NCBI GenBank assembly: GCA_019636675.1
Contig: JAHBXC010000001.1
Location: forward strand, 1,235,007-1,299,006
Reading direction: 5' to 3'
DNA length: 64,000 bases
Source: Phycisphaeraceae bacterium
GTDB taxonomy: Bacteria > Planctomycetota > Phycisphaerae > Phycisphaerales > UBA1924
Under the pieces are notes generated by a model that was not told the origin of the DNA, ran no database searches, and was given only the letters and a program-made list of their open reading frames with translations. This document shows, one piece after another, positions 1-9,103 of this stretch. Made by a program: the position numbers and the translations under genes. Each line of letters begins with the position of its first letter. Within the stretch, counting starts at the first letter, position 1.

Positions 1-1785
1 CGCCCCGAGATCCTGCTGTTCGCCGGAGGCGGCTCGCTGCTGGTTATCGCGATCGGGTCGATCAGCAAGATCTGGGAGCTGCGCGGCGGCGGCATGACCG
101 TGGCGCGCTCGCTGGGCGGGCGCATGATCGTGCCCTCGACGACGAACCCGGTCGAGCAGCGCGTGCTCAACGTGGTGGAGGAGATGGCGATCGCGTCAGG
201 GATCTCGACGCCGCCGGTGTTCCTGATGGACGCCGAGACGGGCATCAACGCCTTCGCGGCGGGCTACGACCCGTCGGGCGCGGTGATCGGCGTGAGCAAG
301 GGCGCGGCCGAGCGACTGTCACGAGACGAGCTGCAGGGCGTGATCGCGCACGAGTTCAGCCACATCTTCTCCGGCGACATGCGCCTGAACATCCGGCTGA
401 TCGGCGTGCTCAACGGCATCCTCATCATCGGGATGATCGGGTACATGGTGTTCCGCGCCGCGGCCATCAGCGGCGGCGGGCGCGGTCGCTCGTCGTCGGG
501 CGGCAAGGGCGGGAACCCGCTCCCGATCATCGCGGTGGGCGCGGCGCTCATGGCGATCGGGTTCGTCGGGACCTTCTTCGGGAACCTGATCAAGGCGGCG
601 GTCAGCCGGCAGCGCGAATTCCTGGCGGACGCGGCAGCGGTGCAGTTCACGCGCAACCCCGACGGGATCGCGGGCGCGCTCAAGAAAATCGGCGGCGCGC
701 GGGTGGGGTCCGAGGTTCATTCCGCGCACGCCGCCGAGATGAGCCACATGTTCTTCGCCCGCGCGCTCTCGGGCGGGCTCAACGGGATGTTCTCGACGCA
801 CCCGCCCCTGAAGACGCGCATCAAGCGCATCCAGCCCTCGTGGGACGGGAAAATGCTCGCGAGCGAGGCGTCGCCCGGTATCAACCGTGCACCGACGACC
901 GAGGGCGCCTCCGGCTTCGGGGGCGAACGGCGCGAGCGGGCCGGCGCGATGCTGGCGGCCGTCATGGCGCCGACGCTGCTCGAGCAGATCGGGTCGCCTT
1001 CCTCGGCGCACCTGGAGTTCGCGCGCGAGCAGATCGCGCGGATACCCCAGACTCTCCGCGACGCGGCGCACGAGCCGTTCGGGGCTCGCGCTGTGGTTTT
1101 CGCGCTGCTGCTCGACGAAGACCTCGCCATCCGCGACGGCCAGCTCGCGATGCTGCTGCGCGCCGATCGTGCGGTGCACGACGAGCTGCTTCGTCTCGAG
1201 CGCGACGCGAAGGGGCTGTCGCGCGACCTGCGTCTGCCCCTGATCGACATGGCGTTGCCCGCCCTGTCGGCGATGTCTCCGGAGCAGGAGCGAGCGTTCC
1301 TCGACACGCTGCGGGGGTTCATCGAGGCCGACAGGAAGATCGATGTCTTCGAGTTCGTCCTGCAGCGCATCGTCCAGACACACCTGGTCGCGCGGCACTC
1401 GGGCGGGGGCCGGACCGTGGTCACGCACTACGGCCTGGGTAAGCTCGGCGCCGAGTGTTCCGCGTTGCTCTCCGTCCTGGCCGCGGCGGGGAACGCTGAT
1501 GACGAAGCTGCACAGAAGGCGTTCGACGAGGGCGCGCGAACGCTGGGCGAGCCGGGGCTGAAGTACACCGGGCGCTCGGGGGCGGCGCTGAAGCACCTCG
1601 CCGACGCGCTGGACGCCCTGGCGCACACCGCGCCCAAGCTGAAGGAGCGTCTGCTGCGCGCGTGCGCGATGGTGGTCGCGTCCGACCGGCAGGTCTCGGC
1701 GCGGGAGGCCGAACTTCTTCGCGCCGTCGCGGACACGCTGGGCGTGCCGATGCCGCCGCTGCTGCCCGGGCAGCGCCTGGTGTGA
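1..1785 (+). CDS. M48-family zinc metallopeptidase (HtpX-like), 5' end cut by the window edge, with a long helical C-terminal extension
   Basis: The frame is open from nt 1; hydrophobic LLFAGGGSLLVIAIGSI precedes the first Met at 94. The HExxH zinc motif in VIAHEFSHIFSGDM is followed by two hydrophobic helices, as in M48/HtpX peptidases. The ~300 aa Ala/Leu/Arg-rich helical tail has no assigned function. Confidence 0.8.
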   Translation, partial: RPEILLFAGGGSLLVIAIGSISKIWELRGGGMTVARSLGGRMIVPSTTNPVEQRVLNVVEEMAIASGISTPPVFLMDAETGINAFAAGYDPSGAVIGVSKGAAERLSRDELQGVIAHEFSHIFSGDMRLNIRLIGVLNGILIIGMIGYMVFRAAAISGGGRGRSSSGGKGGNPLPIIAVGAALMAIGFVGTFFGNLIKAAVSRQREFLADAAAVQFTRNPDGIAGALKKIGGARVGSEVHSAHAAEMSHMFFARALSGGLNGMFSTHPPLKTRIKRIQPSWDGKMLASEASPGINRAPTTEGASGFGGERRERAGAMLAAVMAPTLLEQIGSPSSAHLEFAREQIARIPQTLRDAAHEPFGARAVVFALLLDEDLAIRDGQLAMLLRADRAVHDELLRLERDAKGLSRDLRLPLIDMALPALSAMSPEQERAFLDTLRGFIEADRKIDVFEFVLQRIVQTHLVARHSGGGRTVVTHYGLGKLGAECSALLSVLAAAGNADDEAAQKAFDEGARTLGEPGLKYTGRSGAALKHLADALDALAHTAPKLKERLLRACAMVVASDRQVSAREAELLRAVADTLGVPMPPLLPGQRLV

Positions 1786-1924
1786 GCGGGGATTTCGGAC
1801 GCCGGGGGCCATCGCCCCCCTGCTCGAGCGAGTCCGAGAAGCAGAACTTCGGGCGATTCCTCGCTGGTGGCCCTGGCGGGCTTTTCTCGCCAAAGATGCG
1901 CGGCATGCTCTTGGTGGAGGCCCG

Positions 1925-4507
1925 ATGAGTCGTCGTTCGCTGGATATCGCCCGCCGCGTCGCGCGGCTGCAAGGCGCGGATCGCGCTCGCGAGGTCGCGC
2001 GCGCGTGCGAGGGCGACGATGCGCTTCGTCACGAGGTCGAGGCGCTGCTGCGCGCCGACGCCGGGGAGACGATCGAACGCTCGGGCGGGGCCGAGAGCGC
2101 GCCGGCCGAGAGCGCGGTGCGTGACCAATCGGGAGACGCGAGGTACACGCTCATGTCGCTGCTGGGCGAGGGCGGGATGGGGCTGGTGTATCTGGCGGAG
2201 CAGGCGTCGACGGGGCAGCGCGTCGCGCTCAAGTTCCTCCGTCCCGGGCTCGTGAGCCGGCAGGCGATGCGCCGCTTCGAGCGTGAGGCGAAGATGCTCG
2301 GCCGGCTGCAGCACCGCGCGATCGCGCGCGCGATCGACGCTGGTTCGATGTCGCTGGCGCCCGGCGCCCCGGCGCAGCCGTACATCGCGATGGAGTTCGT
2401 CGAGGGCGTGCCGATCACGCGGTACGTCGAGCTGGCTCGCCCGGGGCTCAGCGATCGGCTCACGATGCTCGCCGAGCTGGCGCACGCGGCGCACCACGCG
2501 CACACGCGCGGCGTGATCCATCGCGATCTGAAGCCGAGCAACGTGCTGGTCACGCCCGAAGGGCGCGTGAAGGTGCTGGACTTCGGCGTGGCCCGCGCGA
2601 TCGAGGAGAGCGACGACGGCCAGGGCGCGCAGTTCACCGAGGCGGGCAGTCTCATCGGCACGCTCGCGTACATGAGCCCGGAGCAGGCGTCGGGCGACGC
2701 GCGCGAGGCGGACACGCGCAGCGACGTGTTCGCGCTCGGACTGATCATGCTGGAGACGCTGACCGGGCGCGGCCCCGAGCCGCTGCACACCTCGACGCTG
2801 GCCGAGGCGCTCCGGCGCGCGAGCGAGCGGGACGTCAGCGCGGACCGCGGCGCGCTGGCCGCCCTCCCGCGCGACGTGCGCGTGATCGTTCGCACCGCCA
2901 CGGCGAGGGAGCCGTCGAGACGGTACCAGTCGGCCGAGCAGCTCGCGTCGGACATCGAGCGGTATCTGCGCAAGGAGCCGATCAGCGCGCGCCCTCCCAG
3001 CGCGGTGTATCACGCGACGAGGTTCGCGCAGCGGCACACGGGGGCTGCGGCGGCGACGCTGCTGGTCGCGCTCTCGATCGTGGGCGGCGCGGCGCTGGCC
3101 GGGCGTCAGGCGGTCATCGCGACGCGCGAGCGCGATAAGGCGGTCGCGGCGGAGGAGTCGGCGAGCGCCGTGAACCGGCTGCTCGTGGACATGCTGACCT
3201 CGGCCGATCCGGAGCGCTCGCTGGGGCGCGACCTGACCGTGCGCGACGTGCTCGCGCAGGCGGAGTCGGTCATCGCGTCAAACACCGGCGCGACCGAGCG
3301 CCCGGGCGTCGAGGGATCGCTGCGCGGCGCGATCGGGCGGAGCTACTACGGGCTGGGGATGTACGACGAGGCGGACGCGCAGCTCACGCGAGCGGCGGAG
3401 CTGCTGTCGCGCGTCGGGCCGGACGCGTGGAAAGCGCGGAACGATTCGGTGCGGTATCTCGGCCTTGTCGCGACGCAGCGGGGGGATGTTGAGTCGGCCC
3501 TCGCGCTGGCCCGAGAGTCGCACGCCGAGCTGCAGCTGCGCCTCGGGGCGGATCACCCGGACACGATCCAGGCGGAGGCCGAGATCGCGCGGGCCGTGTA
3601 CTCGAGCGGGAGCGTGGACGAGGGCATGACGATGTTCCTCGACATCGCCGAGCGCGCGGAGCGGGCGCTGGGCGTCGAGGACAACATCGCGATGACGCTG
3701 CGTCACAACTACGCGACAGCCCTGATCGATCGGGGCGATTTCCGCGGCTCGGCGGAGCAGCTCGCGGTCGTGCTCGAGCGGCGATCGCGGACGCTCGGGC
3801 CTGAGCACCCGCAGACCCTGTACGCGAAGAACAATCTCGCGACGACGCTCGTGCGCCTGGGCGAGAACGAGAGGGCGGAGCGCTTACTCCGTGAGACGCT
3901 CGAGGGGCGCCGTCGCGTGCTGGGCGAGTCGCACCCCGAGACGGCGAACGTCGCGATGAACCTGGGGAATCTGCTCGCGACCTCCGGGCGCGCCGAGGAG
4001 GCGGAGCCCCTGGTGCGCGCGGCGCTCGACGCGTTCGGCGCCCGGTTCGGCGACGCGCACCTGCGCACCGCGACGGCGATCAACATTCTGGCGTATCTGG
4101 TCGAGCAGCGCGGCGAGCTGGACGAAGCGGAGCGCCTGTACCGGCGGTCGCTCGCGGCGGTCGAGGCGATGTCTGGCGTTCTGGCGGCGGACACGCTGGC
4201 GCCGATGAACAACCTCGCGATGCTGCTGAGCGACAAGGGGGAGCACGGCCAGGCCGACGCGATCTTCGTGGAACTGATCTCGCGGACGACGGCGCTCGCC
4301 GGGGCGCAGCACCCCTTCGTGGCGGTGTTCACCAGCAACCGCGCGATGAACCTGACGCGCGCCGGGCGCGCCGACGAGGCGGTCGCGCTGCTCGAAGCGT
4401 GCATCCCGGCGCTCGAGGCGGGCTTCGGCCCTGACCACGCGCGATCGGTGACGGCGCGCGAGCGTCTGGCGGAAGCCGAGCGGGCGCGCGACGGGCGGTC
4501 AGGCTGA
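1925..4507 (+). CDS. Ser/Thr protein kinase with one TM segment and a C-terminal TPR array
   Basis: Hanks kinase motifs are present: GEGGMGLVYLA glycine loop, VALKFL lysine, HRDLKPSNVLV catalytic loop, DFGVAR, and YMSPEQ. A hydrophobic segment AAAATLLVALSIVGGAALAG follows. About 400 aa of TPR-like repeats come after it (NLATTL, NLGNLL, NILAYL, NNLAML). Confidence 0.9.
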   Translation: MSRRSLDIARRVARLQGADRAREVARACEGDDALRHEVEALLRADAGETIERSGGAESAPAESAVRDQSGDARYTLMSLLGEGGMGLVYLAEQASTGQRVALKFLRPGLVSRQAMRRFEREAKMLGRLQHRAIARAIDAGSMSLAPGAPAQPYIAMEFVEGVPITRYVELARPGLSDRLTMLAELAHAAHHAHTRGVIHRDLKPSNVLVTPEGRVKVLDFGVARAIEESDDGQGAQFTEAGSLIGTLAYMSPEQASGDAREADTRSDVFALGLIMLETLTGRGPEPLHTSTLAEALRRASERDVSADRGALAALPRDVRVIVRTATAREPSRRYQSAEQLASDIERYLRKEPISARPPSAVYHATRFAQRHTGAAAATLLVALSIVGGAALAGRQAVIATRERDKAVAAEESASAVNRLLVDMLTSADPERSLGRDLTVRDVLAQAESVIASNTGATERPGVEGSLRGAIGRSYYGLGMYDEADAQLTRAAELLSRVGPDAWKARNDSVRYLGLVATQRGDVESALALARESHAELQLRLGADHPDTIQAEAEIARAVYSSGSVDEGMTMFLDIAERAERALGVEDNIAMTLRHNYATALIDRGDFRGSAEQLAVVLERRSRTLGPEHPQTLYAKNNLATTLVRLGENERAERLLRETLEGRRRVLGESHPETANVAMNLGNLLATSGRAEEAEPLVRAALDAFGARFGDAHLRTATAINILAYLVEQRGELDEAERLYRRSLAAVEAMSGVLAADTLAPMNNLAMLLSDKGEHGQADAIFVELISRTTALAGAQHPFVAVFTSNRAMNLTRAGRADEAVALLEACIPALEAGFGPDHARSVTARERLAEAERARDGRSG

Positions 4508-6154
4508 CCAGGTGATGGACGCGATCGACGCGTCGTCGTCCCAGCTGGCTGTCTCGGCGAACAGCTCGAGCGCGTCGCAGGCGAGGCGGACATCGTCGTC
4601 GACGCCCGGCGAGGGGTGAAGGGACTGCGCAAGGCGCGCAGGGCCGAACATCTCCCCGTCGCGTGAACGCTGCTCGGTCATGCCGTCGCTGTAGAGGACG
4701 ATCCGGGCTCCCGGGGCGAGGGTGACGCGCTGCGCCGGGTAGTGCGTCGCGCCGTCGATGCCGAGGGGTATGCCCGTTGCGCCGGGACGGCGCTCGTCGG
4801 CGCCGTCCTTGATGATCCAGTGCCCGTGCCCGGCGTCGACATAGACGACGGATCGGTCGCGCGCGTCGAAGATCCCGAGCCACAGCGAGACGAAGCGGTC
4901 GAGCGGCGAACGCTCGGCGAGGTAGGCGTTGACGCGTTCGACGGCGCGCGTGGGGTCGAGGGTCTCGAGGAGCGTCGCGTGGAGCGCCGCTTCGGCGCTG
5001 GCCATGATGACGGCGGCGTCGACGCCCTCGCCGGTGACATCGCCCAGGAACACCGCGGCGCGCCCGTCGGGGAGCGGGAACGCGTCGAAGAGGTCTCCCG
5101 CGAGGAACGCGCCGGGGCGGATCGACGACGCGTAGCGGATCGGCGGGATGCTCGCCTTGCGCGGGGGGAAGATGAGGTTCTGCACCTCGCGGGCGGCGAG
5201 GAGGTCGCGCTCCATCTGTTCTCGGCGCGCGGCCAGCTCGCGCTGGCGCACGCGCTCGAGCGCGCCGGCGGCGAGGGACGCGAGCGCGACGCAGACCTCG
5301 GCGGCCTCTTCGCGCAGGGGCGGGTCGCTCTCGTGGCTCTCGAGGTACAGGAGGGTCCACCCGCTCGCCCCGGGCCCGACGGGCGTGCAGAGCGCGCCGA
5401 CGGCGCCGTGCTCGGCGAGCGTGCGCGACAGCTCGGCGGTGCGCTGGCTCGAGAGCAGGACCGGCCCGCGCTCGTCGATGGCGCGCCGGAGCAGCGTGCG
5501 GCTTGGGCGGATGGAGGACGCTTCGACGCCCGGCGGGACGGCGACGGCCTCGACGCGCTCGACGGCGTCATCGGTCCTCAGGAGGAACGCGTGGCGGCAA
5601 CGCGTGGCGCTCAGCGCTGATCGCAGGAGCGTGGCGTGGACGTCGTGCGCGTCGTCGTCGGACTGCAGCTCGCGCGACGCGGCGATGAGGAGCTCGAGGA
5701 GGCGAGCCGCGAGCGAGACGGACCCGGTGCGCGCGCGGGTGATCGCGCCGCCAAGATCGGCGACGGTCTCGACCGTGGTGGGCGCGTCCAGATCGTCGTC
5801 GAGGCCGGGTCGATGGGGTCTGGGGAGCTCGACGCGCAGGGCGGTCGCGCCGAAGGTGAGCATGTCCGAGGCGTGGATCGGCATCGAGAGGCCCGGCTGG
5901 AGGGGCGCCCCGTTGAGCAGCGTGCCGGTGCGCGACGCGAGGTCGGTGACGAACCAGTGCCCGGCGCGGCGCGTGAAGCGCGCGTGGCTCCGCGAGACGG
6001 CGGCGTCGGGGAGGCAGACCTCGGCGTCGAGACTGCGCCCCAGCGTGGCGCTGTCGGCGTCGACGCGGAACTCGGAGTCGGGGCGCACCTCGGGCGCGAA
6101 GGTCTGCGCGACGCGGAGCGTGAGGGGCGGGGTGTGCTCGTGCTCTGGCTTCAC
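4499..6154 (-). CDS. FHA domain - GAF-like domain - PP2C/SpoIIE-type protein phosphatase
   Basis: The N-terminal FHA signature is LGRSLDAEVCLPDAAVSRSHARF...WFVTDLASRTGTLLNGAPL. The central region is GAF-like. The C-terminal PP2C/SpoIIE motifs are GDLFDAF, VFLGDVTGEGVDAA and VLYSDGMTE. The track ORF begins at ATG 6313 but would then overlap the upstream gene by 53 nt, so GTG 6154 (VKPEHEH...) is my preferred start and remains uncertain. Confidence 0.8.
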   Translation of the reverse strand: MKPEHEHTPPLTLRVAQTFAPEVRPDSEFRVDADSATLGRSLDAEVCLPDAAVSRSHARFTRRAGHWFVTDLASRTGTLLNGAPLQPGLSMPIHASDMLTFGATALRVELPRPHRPGLDDDLDAPTTVETVADLGGAITRARTGSVSLAARLLELLIAASRELQSDDDAHDVHATLLRSALSATRCRHAFLLRTDDAVERVEAVAVPPGVEASSIRPSRTLLRRAIDERGPVLLSSQRTAELSRTLAEHGAVGALCTPVGPGASGWTLLYLESHESDPPLREEAAEVCVALASLAAGALERVRQRELAARREQMERDLLAAREVQNLIFPPRKASIPPIRYASSIRPGAFLAGDLFDAFPLPDGRAAVFLGDVTGEGVDAAVIMASAEAALHATLLETLDPTRAVERVNAYLAERSPLDRFVSLWLGIFDARDRSVVYVDAGHGHWIIKDGADERRPGATGIPLGIDGATHYPAQRVTLAPGARIVLYSDGMTEQRSRDGEMFGPARLAQSLHPSPGVDDDVRLACDALELFAETASWDDDASIASITWSA

Positions 6155-6260
6155 GGCCCGAAGCGTATCGCAAGAATGGCCGACGCGCAGGACAACGCCG
6201 CGACATGCGCGGCGTTGGGTGCAGGGGGTCGGGGTTATGGCCTGACGAGAGCGGTCTCGC

Positions 6261-6968
6261 TCAGCCGCGCGCGTCGCGCTTCGCCTGATTCTTCCGGGTG
6301 CGGCTGGACACATGGCCCTGAATCTTGGGCTGTCCGGCCTTCTGGAATCGGACCGACTTGCGCTTGCCCACGGATCTGTCGGAGACCGCCTTCCAGGAGG
6401 TCTGGCGGGAAGCGACGGCCCCGACGCTGGCGGCCGGGACGGGCGTCGCGCTTGCGGCGTGCACGCTGCTCATGGCGCGAGACGCCTTCTTGGCGAGCTG
6501 CTTCTTGGTGATCTTCTTCTTGCTGGTTTTCTTCGAGACGGGCTTCGGAGCGCCGGCCTTTTTCGTCGTCTTCTTGGCGGTCTTCTTCTTCGAAGCTTTC
6601 TTCTTGGAGGTCTTCTTCTTGGAGGTCTTCTTCGAGACCTTGGCGGCGGCCTTGGCGTCGGCGGCCCGGCGTGCGGCGAGCGCGTCCTCGAAGCGGGCGA
6701 GGGTCTCCTGGAAGAGTTGCTGCTTCACGCGGGTTGCGTCGTTGCCCTTGGCGGGCGTGCGCCCCTGGGGCTTGCCCTTGCCGCGCGCCTCGCGGCGCTG
6801 GCGGTCGCCGAGGTCGCGGAACTTGTTGCGCAGCTTGCGCGCGCGGGAGATCTTCTGGAGGAGTCTCGCTTCGGAGAGGTCTTCGACGCGTTTGCGCGTG
6901 CTCCAGTGGACGAGTTCGAGTTCGCTGGCGGTGCAGAGCGCCTTGGCGCGCTGGATGGTGACGGTCAT
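6261..6968 (-). CDS. Lysine-rich, histone H1-like basic protein (hypothetical nucleoid-associated protein)
   Basis: ATG 6968 (MTVTIQRAKAL...) is preceded by AGGAG. The C-terminal half is K/A/S/T low complexity (KKTSKKKTSKKKASKKKTAKKTTKKAGAPKPVSKKTSKKKITKK). The track ORF start at 7199 adds an implausible leader. Confidence 0.7.
   Translation of the reverse strand: MTVTIQRAKALCTASELELVHWSTRKRVEDLSEARLLQKISRARKLRNKFRDLGDRQRREARGKGKPQGRTPAKGNDATRVKQQLFQETLARFEDALAARRAADAKAAAKVSKKTSKKKTSKKKASKKKTAKKTTKKAGAPKPVSKKTSKKKITKKQLAKKASRAMSSVHAASATPVPAASVGAVASRQTSWKAVSDRSVGKRKSVRFQKAGQPKIQGHVSSRTRKNQAKRDARG
6571..6630. repeat. Four tandem 15-nt units (two of them identical) encoding the KKTSK-type pentapeptide repeats
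   Basis: The plus strand reads ttcttggcggtcttc / ttcttcgaagctttc / ttcttggaggtcttc / ttcttggaggtcttc. Confidence 0.9.
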
Positions 6969-7095
6969 TGGCTGTCTCCTCACGGGTGTCTGTGCGCGCC
7001 CACGGAGCCGGGCGCTTCGACGCATGGTAGCGATCACGGGGTTGACGCGCACCGGCCCGGCCGTATACTTCGTCCGATGACGAAATGAATCCGCG

Positions 7096-7548
7096 ATGAC
7101 CACGACCCTCTCCAGCATCGGGAAAGCGCTCTCCGACGACACGCGCGTGCGGCTGCTGGTCGCGTGCCGCGAAGGCGAGGTGTGCGTGTGCCAGCTCACG
7201 GCGCTGGTGGAGCTGGCGCCCTCAACGGTGTCGAAGCACCTTCAGATCCTGCGCGACGCGGGGCTGCTTCTCAGCCGCAAGGACGGGCGGTGGATGCACT
7301 ATCGCTGGCCTTCGCGCGCCGAGCGCTCTGACGCGACGAGCGACGCGCTGCGTCTGGTCGCGTCGGCGGCGGACCGCGAGGGGGTCTTTCGCGACGACTC
7401 TCAGAAACTGAAGGCCATCTGCGCGATCGACGCGGAGGATTTATGCCGGATGCAGCGGGAAGACCCCGGGTGTTGTTTCTCTGCACGGGCAACTCGTGCC
7501 GCAGCCAGATCGCCGAGGGGTTCGCGCGCTCGCTCCACGCGGGCGTGA
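7096..7548 (+). CDS. arsR: ArsR/SmtB-family metalloregulatory transcriptional repressor
   Basis: The winged-helix sequence [48 protein letters not shown] carries the CVC As(III)-binding motif typical of ArsR. It lies directly upstream of arsC-acr3. The last ~35 codons overlap arsC out of frame. Confidence 0.85.
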   Translation: MTTTLSSIGKALSDDTRVRLLVACREGEVCVCQLTALVELAPSTVSKHLQILRDAGLLLSRKDGRWMHYRWPSRAERSDATSDALRLVASAADREGVFRDDSQKLKAICAIDAEDLCRMQREDPGCCFSARATRAAARSPRGSRARSTRA

Positions 7549-7919
7549 TCGACGCGTGCAGCGCCGGGACGGACCCGCACGGTCTGAACCCGCTCGCGGT
7601 CCGGGCGATGCGCGAGGCGGGCGTCGACATCTCGTCGCACACGAGCAAGACCGTGTCGGAGGTGGACCCGTCGACGCTCGACCTGGTCGTGACGGTGTGC
7701 GGGCACGCGGACGAGAACTGCCCGGTGTTCCCGGGGCGAGCCCGGGTGATCCATCGCGGGTTCGACGACCCCCCGAAGCTCGCGCTGGGCGCACGCGACG
7801 AAGCGGAGGCGATGGTCCATTACCGGCGCGTGCGCGACGAGATCCGGGCGTTCGTGGAGTCGCTGCCTCGCGTGCTGCGCGAGCACGGGATCCCGGCGCC
7901 CTCGGGGGCCGGCGCGTGA
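7443..7919 (+). CDS. arsC: Arsenate reductase, LMW-PTPase (thioredoxin-coupled) type
   Basis: The N-terminal CX5R P-loop is [17 protein letters not shown]. Downstream Cys residues ([10 protein letters not shown]) are typical of the Trx-coupled ArsC family. Confidence 0.9.
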   Translation: MPDAAGRPRVLFLCTGNSCRSQIAEGFARSLHAGVIDACSAGTDPHGLNPLAVRAMREAGVDISSHTSKTVSEVDPSTLDLVVTVCGHADENCPVFPGRARVIHRGFDDPPKLALGARDEAEAMVHYRRVRDEIRAFVESLPRVLREHGIPAPSGAGA

Positions 7920-9016
7920 CGCCCGACGCGAGCGATGCGTCGTGCGAGCCCTGCGCCCCTCGACCGAAGGGGCGCCTGGGGTTCCTCGACCGGTACCTGA
8001 CGGCGTGGATCTTCCTCGCGATGGCGCTGGGCGTGGCGATCGGCCGGCTCGTGCCGGGCGTCGCCGGCGCGCTGGACTCGGTGACGGTGGGGACGACGAA
8101 CATCCCGATCGCGATCGGGCTGATTCTGATGATGTACCCGCCGCTGGCGAAGGTGCGCTACGAGAAGCTGCCCGAGGTCTTCAAGGATTGGAAGATCCTC
8201 GCGCTGTCGCTGGTGCAGAACTGGGTCGTCGGCCCGACGCTGATGTTCGCGCTGGCGGTGTTGTTCCTGAGCGATCGCCCGGAGTACATGATCGGCGTGA
8301 TCATGGTCGGGCTGGCGCGCTGCATCGCGATGGTGCTGGTGTGGAACGACCTGGCGCGAGGGAGCAGCGATTACGCGGCCGGGCTCGTGGCGTTCAACAG
8401 CATCTTCCAGGTGCTGTTCTTCGGGGTGTACGCGTGGGTGTTCATCACCTTCCTGCCCCCCCTGCTCGGGCTCGAGGGCGCGATCGTCGACGTGAGCATC
8501 GGCGAGATCTTCGGGAGCGTGATGATCTACCTCGGCGTCCCGTTCTTCGCCGGGATGGCGACGCGGTTCGTGCTGCGCCCGCTGAAGGGGGAGGCGTGGT
8601 ACTCGGGGGTCTTCATCCCCCGGATCGCCCCGGTCACGCTGATCGCGCTGCTGTTCACGATCGTGGTGATGTTCAGTCTGAAGGGCGACACGATCGTGGC
8701 GCTGCCCCTGGACCTGCTGCGGATCGCGCTGCCGCTGACGATCTATTTCCTGGTGATGTTCCTGGTGAGCTTCCTGATGGCCAAGCGCGTGGGCGCGGAC
8801 TACGAGCGGGCGGCGTCGCTGGCGTTCACGGCGTCCGGGAATAACTTCGAGCTGGCGATCGCGGTGGCGATCTCGGTGTTCGGGATCGCGTCGGGTGTGG
8901 CGTTCGCGACGGTGGTGGGCCCGCTGGTGGAGGTCCCGGTCCTGATCGGGCTGGTGCATGTGTCGCTGTGGCTGGGCAGACGCCTGTACGGGCGGCGTGA
9001 GAGTCAGGGCGGGTGA
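7916..9016 (+). CDS. acr3: Arsenite efflux permease, ACR3 family
   Basis: GTG 7916 overlaps the arsC stop (GTGA). The polytopic membrane protein shows ACR3-like sequence ([64 protein letters not shown]). The 506-aa track ORF start at 7496 is an off-frame read-through of arsC. Confidence 0.9.
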   Translation: MTPDASDASCEPCAPRPKGRLGFLDRYLTAWIFLAMALGVAIGRLVPGVAGALDSVTVGTTNIPIAIGLILMMYPPLAKVRYEKLPEVFKDWKILALSLVQNWVVGPTLMFALAVLFLSDRPEYMIGVIMVGLARCIAMVLVWNDLARGSSDYAAGLVAFNSIFQVLFFGVYAWVFITFLPPLLGLEGAIVDVSIGEIFGSVMIYLGVPFFAGMATRFVLRPLKGEAWYSGVFIPRIAPVTLIALLFTIVVMFSLKGDTIVALPLDLLRIALPLTIYFLVMFLVSFLMAKRVGADYERAASLAFTASGNNFELAIAVAISVFGIASGVAFATVVGPLVEVPVLIGLVHVSLWLGRRLYGRRESQGG

Positions 9017-9103
9017 ATCCCCCCGGGCCCGGGCGGGGAATATCCTTGGGCGTCGCGCGCGTTCCAGATCATGAGGCCGCGAGAGCCGGCCCGGAGACAC
9101 TTC

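Noticed and set aside
319-3037. Long minus-strand ORFs (319..1893, 524 aa; 1421..3037, 538 aa) antisense to the M48 peptidase and kinase genes.
   Set aside because: Their translations are Arg/Pro/Ala/Gly-rich low-complexity sequence, typical of off-frame reading of GC-rich DNA. They have no recognisable motifs. They are fully overlapped by plus-strand genes with clear HExxH and Hanks-kinase motifs.
6312-7088. Plus-strand ORFs (258 and 251 aa) antisense to the lysine-rich protein gene.
   Set aside because: Their Leu/Phe/Gly-rich repeats are simply the complement of the AAG-rich lysine repeats. They have no SD. The minus-strand gene has a strong AGGAG plus ATG.
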